From NCBI GenBank assembly GCA_039586365.1, contig JBDHKN010000029.1:8128-72127 (forward strand): DNA of 64,000 nucleotides, in the 5' to 3' direction. Positions 1 to 7,688 of this stretch are shown in pieces (the first letter of the stretch is position 1; every line of letters begins with the position of its first letter). A program made the position numbers and the translations under genes. The notes beneath the pieces were generated by a model. That model saw nothing but the letters and a program-made list of their open reading frames with translations. It had not been told where the DNA came from and did no database searches. Source of the stretch: Gemmatimonadota bacterium (GTDB taxonomy: Bacteria; Gemmatimonadota; Gemmatimonadetes; Gemmatimonadales; GWC2-71-9).

Positions 1-89
1 TCCCGTACAGGATGGTACAGAACGGGACTAGATGGTACAGGATGGGACGACGGGCACCGAACTCCAAAACCGGGGGTTGCAGGTACGAG
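1..89 (+). repeat. att-like module copy 1 (left end cut by window): phased GG(G/T)AC decamers + tRNA-Trp anticodon loop/T-arm fragment
   Basis: cgtac/ggtac/gggac at 4,14,24,34,44 (exact 10-bp period), then GCACCGAA-CTCCAAA-ACCGGGGGTTGCAGGTACGAG; 71-89 matches 17990-18008 at 18/19. Confidence 0.75.
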
Positions 90-181
90 AAATCAACGGA
101 TGCCATGTAGGTGTTCCCGCTAGTTACCACGACGTGAGCGTCTTCCCCTTCCGCGAAGCCAAGGCATCACGGTGTGGCCGT

Positions 182-274
182 TCAGCTCTCGGTCGACTCT
201 TCCGGCATCCCTCCATCTATGCTCCAGCGGACGACGTACTCCACGTCCAACTCGTCTTTCCAGATCGATAACAT
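182..274 (-). pseudogene. orphan C-terminal fragment, probably of a 6-bladed beta-propeller protein
   Basis: manual translation MLSIWKDELDVEYVVRWSIDGGMPEESTES*; the W-x-DELDVEYV tail resembles propeller C-termini I recall from this lineage. Confidence 0.35.
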
Positions 275-484
275 GCGCCATGTCCCGGCATCTGCCCGGT
301 GTCGCGAGCCTCGCCTTCGGGCGCGGTGAGTTCGGTCACCAGGCCATATATGCCACAGCTACGGCAACGCCAAATGTGTGGGTAGTTCCGGTGGGGCCAG
401 CCTCGTCACCCCACGAACCGTTCGGTAGCTCGGCACATGCACCGTTCGGGAATTCGGATCTTGGCCCTCTCCCTCTTAGAGGTG

Positions 485-1183
485 TCAATAATCAGTTCGT
501 TCGAACCGTCTGAGCGTGAGCCATGCGGTTGCGCCGGCCAACAAGAGCCCCGCAATCAGAGATCGCCACGGGACCGATCCATGCCACTCACGGAAGTCTG
601 CGATGCGCTCCAGGCTCCACGCTTCGAGTCCTAGCGCACCACCTACGGCTCTGAGCACCAGCATAACAGAAACGACGAGGAGACCTGCTCGCACCGCTTC
701 TTTTGTGAATGATGTACTCAACATGCTGGGCCAAATCCACAAGGCGGCCGCGGACGCGTTCAGTATCGCTGCAACCAGTAGAACACCCGGCCTTACATCC
801 CGCCCCGCAAGCATCCCTGCCAACCACACGGTCACGGAAACTGCCAACCCGAGGCAAAGCACCAGGAGCGTCACCACAGTACATTGGGAAATCAGCCATC
901 TCCCCCTCGGCACCGGCAAACTGAGAGTCACCAGGTTCGAGCGAACATTACTCTCGGTCATCGTCCCACCTACGGCAAGGACCGCGGCAAGTACTGCAAA
1001 GATGAAGTGCTCCATCCCGTTCATCCAACCACCTACCCATCGAGTGAAGCGATCCGGATTCGCCGAATCGAATGCACTACCCACCAGGCCTGGGCCGACT
1101 AACAACGCGACCAATATCGCGCAGAGCAAGAATCTGTACCGGATGTCGAACCACGCTTTCCACAGCATCATCTCGTACCTCAC
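485..1183 (-). CDS. ABC-2 type transporter permease (YtrC/D-like)
   Basis: 6 hydrophobic segments, LSLPVPR and C-terminal FERTDY motifs; overlaps the ATPase stop (ATGA). Confidence 0.85.
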   Translation of the reverse strand: MRYEMMLWKAWFDIRYRFLLCAILVALLVGPGLVGSAFDSANPDRFTRWVGGWMNGMEHFIFAVLAAVLAVGGTMTESNVRSNLVTLSLPVPRGRWLISQCTVVTLLVLCLGLAVSVTVWLAGMLAGRDVRPGVLLVAAILNASAAALWIWPSMLSTSFTKEAVRAGLLVVSVMLVLRAVGGALGLEAWSLERIADFREWHGSVPWRSLIAGLLLAGATAWLTLRRFERTDY

Positions 1184-2064
1184 ATCTCGTCTGTGACCGC
1201 GAGGAAGATCTCCCGGAGATTCATGTCATGGATCTCCACCGCTCGGGCGCCGTGACCGTCGAGCATGTTGGCGACGACCTCGGCATTGGAGTCCACTACC
1301 ACCCGAGTGACTTCACCCGAGGTCGATACTTTCCGCACTCCAGACCAGGCTCGAATGTCGCTCACTGGAGCCGTGCCGAACGCCGCAAGCATCTTCCAGT
1401 CATTCTTGATGTCATCCACATCACCTGAAAGCACTTGCCGTCCCGATCGCAAGATCGACACGGAATCGCAAATGCGCTCGGCCTCCTCCAGGCGGTGGGT
1501 GGCCACGACCACCGTTCGATCACCCTCTGCGACCCACGATGTTATCAAGGCCAACACTTCATTCACGCTCGCGGCATCGAGATCCATGGTCGGCTCGTCC
1601 AACAAGAGAACTCGGGGTTTCCGGCAGATGGCAGCGGTGAGCACGAGTTTCGCACGCATCCCTTTCGATAGGGTCTTGATCTTCTCGTTCAGAGGGATGC
1701 TCCACCCCGCAAGGAGTCGATGAGCTTCGGCGGCGTCCCACTCGCCGAAGAAACTCGCAACGAAGCGGGTGAACGAACTCACTCTCATCTCGTCATAGAC
1801 CAGCTTGTCCTCTGGGACGAAGCCGGTGTGCCTACGGATAACGGCTGATTCCCGCGAGATGTCGTGGTCCAGTACGAAGCCGGTTCCCGACGTAGGCCGC
1901 GTCATTCCCAGGAGCATCTTGAGGAGGGTTGACTTGCCGGCACCGTTGGGTCCTACTACGCCCGCAATCGAGCCAGCCTTCACTTTCCAGTCGAAAGCGT
2001 CGACCGCAAACACTTTGCCGAACGACTTCGAGAGTCCAACGGTTTCGATCATGGTCTCTTGCAT
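1180..2064 (-). CDS. ABC transporter ATP-binding protein (YtrB-like)
   Basis: Walker A GPNGAGKST, LSKGM signature, LLLDEP; ATG at 2064 with GAGGA RBS preferred to the TTG at 2103. Confidence 0.93.
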   Translation of the reverse strand: MQETMIETVGLSKSFGKVFAVDAFDWKVKAGSIAGVVGPNGAGKSTLLKMLLGMTRPTSGTGFVLDHDISRESAVIRRHTGFVPEDKLVYDEMRVSSFTRFVASFFGEWDAAEAHRLLAGWSIPLNEKIKTLSKGMRAKLVLTAAICRKPRVLLLDEPTMDLDAASVNEVLALITSWVAEGDRTVVVATHRLEEAERICDSVSILRSGRQVLSGDVDDIKNDWKMLAAFGTAPVSDIRAWSGVRKVSTSGEVTRVVVDSNAEVVANMLDGHGARAVEIHDMNLREIFLAVTDEM

Positions 2065-2099
2065 GCTCTTTCCTCGCAGCTCGGCATCCTGGCTTGTGC

Positions 2100-2407
2100 T
2101 CAACGATCGTCGCGGTCGAGGGTCTGATCCAACAGCGCTTTGAGTTCCTCGTCGGAAAACCCGAGTATTCTAGATTCTGCTACGAGCACGTCGACATACG
2201 GTTGCAACCGTCTCTTGCGCTCCTTCAAGAGCAAAGGAGAGGGGGTGAAGGTCACAAACGTCCCTCTCCCCGGACCGCCCTCCGCCAGCCCCGCCTGCTC
2301 CAGTTCTCGATAAGCCCGCGCCACAGTGTTCGGATTCACCACCAGTTCGGACGCGAGGCTCCGGACCGTGGGTAACTGATCGCCCATTCAGGTCGGATGT
2401 GGAACAT
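2100..2407 (-). pseudogene. GntR/YtrA-family regulator with an internal deletion near the N-terminus
   Basis: GDQLPTVRSLASELVVNPNTVARAYRELE...GRGTFV; upstream out-of-frame ATG at 2407 encodes MFHIRPE; the usual first helix (PIYxQ...) is absent. Confidence 0.7.
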
Positions 2408-2525
2408 CGATCAACGGCGCCGGGAGGGGACGCAGCAACACGAGTGGATTTTCATACGGAGAACTCTACCGCCACCGCATGAAAGGCACCAGGCAACGGC
2501 ATCCGGAAAACGTGAGGGCTTGCAT

Positions 2526-2545
2526 TGTATTAATGTAGTAATACA
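2526..2545. promoter_or_regulatory. YtrA-type operator palindrome
   Basis: perfect TGTATTA-N6-TAATACA in an AT-rich patch upstream of the gntR-ABC operon. Confidence 0.8.
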
Positions 2546-2675
2546 TTTCATTCATATGCAAGGGGCGTAGACCGCGTCGAATTGGCGCCTGCACAATGGA
2601 GGCCAAGCTCCTCGAAACAGGGTTGTGGGAAGGCGAGTCTGAGCCGCCTGATACTTGAAACTTGAGGAGGGCAAG

Positions 2676-3677
2676 TTGAACCAGCAGAACCTCAGTCGCC
2701 GCGTAGCCTGGCTTGTGGTTGCGGCCGTGGCCTTAACGGTGTGGGGAATAATCGGAATCGTACAGCGTCGGGACCTGGGCCGCGGCGGATACTTCTACGG
2801 TCCAGACTACATAGTGAGCAGCGTAAGCCCGGAAGGGGCGGGGGCCAAAGCCGGGATTCAGGTCGGAGACCGCGTTCTGAGCGTGGGAGGGATTCCCGTC
2901 CAGGAATTGCCGATGCAATCCCGTTGGACGCAGCCGCGAGTCGGGGAGTCGCTCCTGATCGAGGTGGAGCGGAACGGAGAGTCGGTCGCGATCGAGGTCG
3001 TTTACGGACGATCGCGGCTAGATCCGGTGGTGTCAGGTCTGAGGACTCTCATGGTGGGCCTGTCGTTCTTGGGCTTGGGACTGTGGGCGTATGTCAGGGC
3101 TCCGACTCGGCACGCATGGACAGTCGCACTGATGGGGCTGGCCATGGCTCTATCGGTGGTACGCGGGCCCCACCTCGGCGCCTGGGACGGAGTGGCATCC
3201 CACATCAATATCGCATCCGCGGTCCTATTTGTGGCTCTACTGCTGCATTTCCTCCTCACGTTCCCGCAGGCCGGCCGTTTCGGCGGCAGCAGACAAACGG
3301 CACGGCTGATCTACGGAGTGTGGCTGCTATACGTTGCATTCCTGGTCGTGGAGTTGATCGTCCACCCGGCGCTCTACGCTGCCTACGGCTTCCTGGGCTT
3401 CATGCTTTTGCTGGCCTACGGTGTTCTCGTACTGGCGACCGCTATCCACGCCTTCGTGAAGACTCGACGGATCGAGCTTCGGGAATCGGGGTTGGGTGTG
3501 GTCCTGCTCGGCTTATTGGTCGCTATCGTGCCGAACCTGGCATATGTGGCAGTTCGGATATTTCTACCGGGGATCACGCTGCCAGCCCCGAGCTACGTCA
3601 CGGTGCTGCTGATTGCGATTCCGTTGACCCTGGTTATCGGAGTGAGGAAACAGGCATTCCAGGAAACTCAGGGATGA
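2676..3677 (+). CDS. PDZ-domain polytopic membrane protein
   Basis: VSPEGAGAKAGIQVGDRVLSVGG PDZ motif followed by about 7 TM helices; TTG at 2676 with GAGGAGG RBS. Confidence 0.8.
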   Translation: MNQQNLSRRVAWLVVAAVALTVWGIIGIVQRRDLGRGGYFYGPDYIVSSVSPEGAGAKAGIQVGDRVLSVGGIPVQELPMQSRWTQPRVGESLLIEVERNGESVAIEVVYGRSRLDPVVSGLRTLMVGLSFLGLGLWAYVRAPTRHAWTVALMGLAMALSVVRGPHLGAWDGVASHINIASAVLFVALLLHFLLTFPQAGRFGGSRQTARLIYGVWLLYVAFLVVELIVHPALYAAYGFLGFMLLLAYGVLVLATAIHAFVKTRRIELRESGLGVVLLGLLVAIVPNLAYVAVRIFLPGITLPAPSYVTVLLIAIPLTLVIGVRKQAFQETQG

Positions 3678-3755
3678 AGCGGAGCGAGAGCTCCAAACAA
3701 CATTCGCTACGGCAGGCGCTGCCAACGACTTCGAGATATTCATGCGGAGGACAAG

Positions 3756-4376
3756 ATGAAACGGCCTGATACTCTATCGATGGAGAGGCGGGATTTCATC
3801 GCTGGCGTTGTTCCGGCATGTGTCGGGTGTTTGGGGATTTGCGCCCCAATCACACTATCAGCTTTGAGCGAACAGCCTGCTTTCTGCCAACAGCAGCACA
3901 AGTTCGATGAAGAGATGCCCCCGCTTACCATACGACAGTACTTCTCGAGAGTCCTGGGCTCCGGCAGTAGGGTGTTGAACGCGATACGAGCTGAGATCGG
4001 GGAAGAAGAGCTGATACGGATACTCAGGGATCACAGCTTCAACAGAGGTGTGGGTCAGGGGCAAAGCGTCGCTGAGCAGTATCCGGAGAGGGATTTCTTC
4101 TCGTACAACGAGAGATTCAGAACCGGCCAAATGTTGGGGCTGACCACCTACGAGATTCTCGAGGACTCGGAAGCCGCGTTCGAGATCAGCGTAACTGAAT
4201 GCGCTCTTGTAGAGCCGCTCCTCGAGGCCGACTTGGGGAAGGTCGGGAACGCGTGGCTTTGTAATGCCGACTACGGTCATGCCCACGGATACAATCCCAA
4301 AATCGAGCTGGTACGCGACCAGACCCTGATGCTGGGAGATTCCTGCTGCAACCACAGGTACGTGTGGACGGATTGA
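3756..4376 (+). CDS. L-2-amino-thiazoline-4-carboxylic acid hydrolase-family protein with Tat signal
   Basis: ERRDFI Tat motif; VTEC...WLCNAD...RDQTLMLGDSCCNHRY family signature. Confidence 0.8.
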   Translation: MKRPDTLSMERRDFIAGVVPACVGCLGICAPITLSALSEQPAFCQQQHKFDEEMPPLTIRQYFSRVLGSGSRVLNAIRAEIGEEELIRILRDHSFNRGVGQGQSVAEQYPERDFFSYNERFRTGQMLGLTTYEILEDSEAAFEISVTECALVEPLLEADLGKVGNAWLCNADYGHAHGYNPKIELVRDQTLMLGDSCCNHRYVWTD

Positions 4377-4394
4377 AGGTTCAAGGAGCACACA

Positions 4395-6803
4395 GTGGAC
4401 GCCTTTCTGAGGGAGTTGCGATACTCGGTCCGTAGTCTCTCGAGGATCCCGGTACTCACGGCCACGATCGTGATCACGGTTGGACTCGGGATTGGAGCCA
4501 CAACGGCAATCTTTTGCGTGATCTACTCCGTGCTGCTCCGGGATCTGCCGTATCCGAATGCGCACGAGCTGTACCGCGTGTACACTGACTCCCGGCCCAA
4601 TCAACGACCGCTGTCGGTCGCAGACTACGTCGCGCTCGACGAGCAGAAGACACAGTTCCAGAGCGTTGCCGGATACGTCAATACCGCGCGGACGTTCAGC
4701 CAAGACGGCGAGGCAGTGATTGTGCGCGGCAGGTTTGTAACATGGACCTACTTCTCGTTGCTTGGCATCACGCCTGCTCGTGGCAGAGTCTTTTACCAGT
4801 CGGACGGCGGAGACGCATCATTGGGACAGGTAGTGATAAGCCACGATTTCTGGGTACGGCACCTGGGTAGCAGAGATGAAGCAGTGGGCCAGACGATCAA
4901 GCTGGATGGGATGGACTACGTAGTTGTGGGTGTACTGTCGCCGCATGTTGGCCCCCTCGAAGTGGGCCGCGACTTCTTCGGTGCCCTGCCAATCATGGAA
5001 CCCACGAGCAAGGGCCCTTTCATTGTCACCACGATTGCCCGTCTTTCTCCGGATTCTGATCCCTCGGTTGCCGCAGAAGAACTCAAGACCATATGCCGGC
5101 GCATTTTCCCGATCTGGCAGGCGTCGTGGCAAGAAGAGAGTGTGCTGTGGGGAATGACGGAACTCAAAGATTCCGTGGTCGGAGACATTGGACCCACCTT
5201 GCTTCTGGTTTTTGGTGCCGTCGGATTCGTACTCCTGATCGCATCCGCCAATTCGTCAAACCTCCTCCTTGCGCGCGCGACAGAGCGGAGTCGCGAACTC
5301 GCTGTCCGTGCCGCTCTGGGTGCGTCACGCCGGCGGTTGATGCTGCACACCCTGTCGGAAAGCGCTTTCCTCGCCCTTTGTGGTGCTCTTGTCGGTTTGA
5401 TTCTCACCGATGTTGGAATACGACTGCTCGTGGTTTTTGGCGCAGATTACCTGCCACGCACGCAGGAAGTTCGGATCGACGGGAATGTACTCCTCTTCCT
5501 TGTCACACTGACGGCGGGGAGCAGTCTCCTGTTCGGTTTGATACCGTCGCTGTTTGCCGCCAAAGCGCGCGTCGAGGAAGCCTTCCGTTCCGGTGGGCGG
5601 TCGGTAGCAGGCTCGGTGCGATCTCGGCGCTTCCAGCGGGTTCTTGTAGTGGCACAGTTCGCGATAGCTTTGCCTCTGCTGATCGGCGCGGGCCTGTTGC
5701 TGGCAAGCCTGGTACGACTGCATGCGGTGAGTCCCGGGATCGACACCGATCGTATCCTCTCTCTGTCGATGTCGTTGCCGTTTGGCGACTATCCGGACAG
5801 GAGTAGGGTGCAGACCTTTTGGAATGAGGCGCTCACACGTGTACGGGCTTTGCCCGGCGTGCAAGCAGCCTCACTCGCCACTGCCCGTCCGCCGAACAGC
5901 ATGCCTGGCAGTATCAACTACGACCTCGAAGATGAAACAGCTTCGCCGGGGCAGGGCCTGCCAAGCACCCCTTGGATTGCGGTGATGCCGGACTACTTCG
6001 ACGACCTCGACATCCCGTTGATTCATGGTCGGCTGCTAAACGAGCACGATATGAATCCGACGCCGTTAGCAGCTGTAGTCGATCAGTCTTGGGCGAAACG
6101 GTTCTTCCCGGGTGAGACCGCGGTTGGCAGAAGGTTCAAGCGTGATGGGTGTACCGACTGTCCCTGGACGACGGTGGTTGGCGTTGTAGGTGATGTGAAG
6201 TACTCCGGCCTCGATGCTCCGGCAGAGGGAGTCGTGTACCGATCGATCCTGGCCGGTACGTTCCGGTACCGGTTTCTCCTGGTCCGAACCGCCGGGGACC
6301 CGATGACGGTCTTGCCGTCGGTCAGAAACATCCTACGCGGGCTCGATCCGGCCGTTCCAATCACTCAAGTCGCAACGCTGGACGAACTCATGTGGACATC
6401 ATTGGACGAGCCACGGTACCTGGCGTTGCTGGTCGGAGCCTTCGCCGTCGTATCAATGGCGCTGTCTATCGTTGGTATCTATGGGGTGATGTCGCATTTT
6501 GTGCAGCGTCACAAAAAGGAAATTGGAATTCGGATGGCGTTGGGTGGAGGACCCACCAGAGTACTGCGTGCCGTTGTCGGCCAGGGCATGCGATTGGTTT
6601 GCGCCGGTGTCGTGTTGGGAGTGATTGGCGCGTTGTTCCTTACGAGGGCTTTGTCCAGCCTGCTCTTCGAAGTGGGCACTGCCGATCTACGCACCTTTGT
6701 GACTGTGACCTCCGTTCTGCTGCTGGTGGCTCTGGTGGCATGCGTGCTGCCGGCGCGGCGAGCCGCAGCCGTCGATCCGGTCAGGACGCTGCGGGTGGAG
6801 TAG
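4395..6803 (+). CDS. ADOP / MacB-FtsX duplicated ABC permease
   Basis: LGIGATTAIF, NLLLARA..R.RELAVRAALGA, EIGIRMALG, PARRAAAVDP motifs. Confidence 0.92.
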   Translation: MDAFLRELRYSVRSLSRIPVLTATIVITVGLGIGATTAIFCVIYSVLLRDLPYPNAHELYRVYTDSRPNQRPLSVADYVALDEQKTQFQSVAGYVNTARTFSQDGEAVIVRGRFVTWTYFSLLGITPARGRVFYQSDGGDASLGQVVISHDFWVRHLGSRDEAVGQTIKLDGMDYVVVGVLSPHVGPLEVGRDFFGALPIMEPTSKGPFIVTTIARLSPDSDPSVAAEELKTICRRIFPIWQASWQEESVLWGMTELKDSVVGDIGPTLLLVFGAVGFVLLIASANSSNLLLARATERSRELAVRAALGASRRRLMLHTLSESAFLALCGALVGLILTDVGIRLLVVFGADYLPRTQEVRIDGNVLLFLVTLTAGSSLLFGLIPSLFAAKARVEEAFRSGGRSVAGSVRSRRFQRVLVVAQFAIALPLLIGAGLLLASLVRLHAVSPGIDTDRILSLSMSLPFGDYPDRSRVQTFWNEALTRVRALPGVQAASLATARPPNSMPGSINYDLEDETASPGQGLPSTPWIAVMPDYFDDLDIPLIHGRLLNEHDMNPTPLAAVVDQSWAKRFFPGETAVGRRFKRDGCTDCPWTTVVGVVGDVKYSGLDAPAEGVVYRSILAGTFRYRFLLVRTAGDPMTVLPSVRNILRGLDPAVPITQVATLDELMWTSLDEPRYLALLVGAFAVVSMALSIVGIYGVMSHFVQRHKKEIGIRMALGGGPTRVLRAVVGQGMRLVCAGVVLGVIGALFLTRALSSLLFEVGTADLRTFVTVTSVLLLVALVACVLPARRAAAVDPVRTLRVE

Positions 6804-6832
6804 GCAACGACACTGCCAGCCGACTGCTTTGA

Positions 6833-7035
6833 GGTATTGTCGAGTTGAGCTGCGAGCTGCCAGACTTTGGTGATGAACAGCAACGTGAGTCGTTACCACA
6901 GGCACACGTTTCCACCCCAGATCTCAGTCACGCGGTTTGGCTGTATCACAGATTCTCACTGAGCTTTCGAGACATCGAGGGCCTTCTTGCGGAACGCGGA
7001 GTTATCGCCTTCCACGAGACGGTTCGGCAGTGCGG
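6833..7035 (+). mobile_element. IS6-family remnant (left end + transposase N-terminus)
   Basis: HAVWLYHRFSLSFRDIEGLLAERGVIAFHETVRQ; frameshifted YHRHTFPP just upstream; IR-like GGTATTGTCGAGTTGAG at 6833. Confidence 0.8.
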
Positions 7036-7141
7036 CCCGGCCTTTCAAATGGCAAGAGCGAATGGCAAGGTCCACGTAGGCAAATGACGACGGGTCGTGC
7101 GGATATCTCTGACGTCTCGCTATCTTGTCGCCATTTCCTGC

Positions 7142-7291
7142 TCACCCGACTAGCTTGCCAGGCGCGACCTCGCGGCCGAGTTTCTGGTCGGCGGCAAGGA
7201 AGACCACCGCCATCCCACCGCTACCGATCTCCCGCTCAAGAGTGTAGAGGTCGGCAAGTGCCTTCTTCAGACGCTCTAGGAGGTCAGTCAC
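7142..7291 (-). pseudogene. orphan 5' end of a Ser/Thr protein kinase
   Basis: VTDLLERLKKALADLYTLEREIGSGGMAVVFLAADQKLGREVA, broken just before the catalytic Lys. Confidence 0.85.
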
Positions 7292-7321
7292 GCGCCGAGT
7301 CTCCCAGCCAGAGGTGCCGCT

Positions 7322-7350
7322 AAGGTACGAGTCACGCAGCGGGCCGGCCA
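7322..7350 (-). promoter_or_regulatory. kinase-associated promoter-like motif TGGCCG-N17-TACCTT
   Basis: same motif and spacing occur upstream of the other kinase starts. Confidence 0.6.
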
Positions 7351-7363
7351 GGGTGCGTCGTTC

Positions 7364-7511
7364 TGCAAACCATCTGCAAACCAACAGGACGGGGCAGAAC
7401 GGGACGGGATGGGACGAAGGAGGCGCTAAGTCGGTACAGCACGGGACAGAAAGGTGCAGGAAGGGACAGAAGGGGATGACGGGCACCAAACTCCAGAACC
7501 GAGGGTTGCGG
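7364..7511 (+). repeat. att-like module copy 2 (most complete)
   Basis: TGCAAACCATC-TGCAAACCAAC tandem; 3 phased decamers; GCTAAGTC; 5 phased decamers (7433-7477); GGGCACCAAA-CTCCAGA-ACCGAGGGTTGCGG (degenerate tRNA-Trp fragment). Confidence 0.75.
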
Positions 7512-7688
7512 AGCTGGCGACACTCGATCCGCTCCCCTCCTGGCTCGAGGTGCATGGGTCCGTATGAAGGAGGGAGATGCGAGGCACCAGTAGGAGCCGG
7601 CCGTGGCGTCGGCAACGATCGCGACCGTGTGGCAATGGCTCGAACGGTACCGTATCACGGTGACCAGTCTTGGCTTAAGGTCGCTGTG

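Noticed and set aside
1..89. Intact tRNA-Trp gene (also considered at 7481-7511 and 17990-18023)
   Set aside because: No acceptor 5' strand or D-arm in any copy; these are fragments only.
7364..7511. CRISPR array or iteron origin
   Set aside because: Units are degenerate 10-bp repeats without unique spacers; no cas or rep gene in the window.
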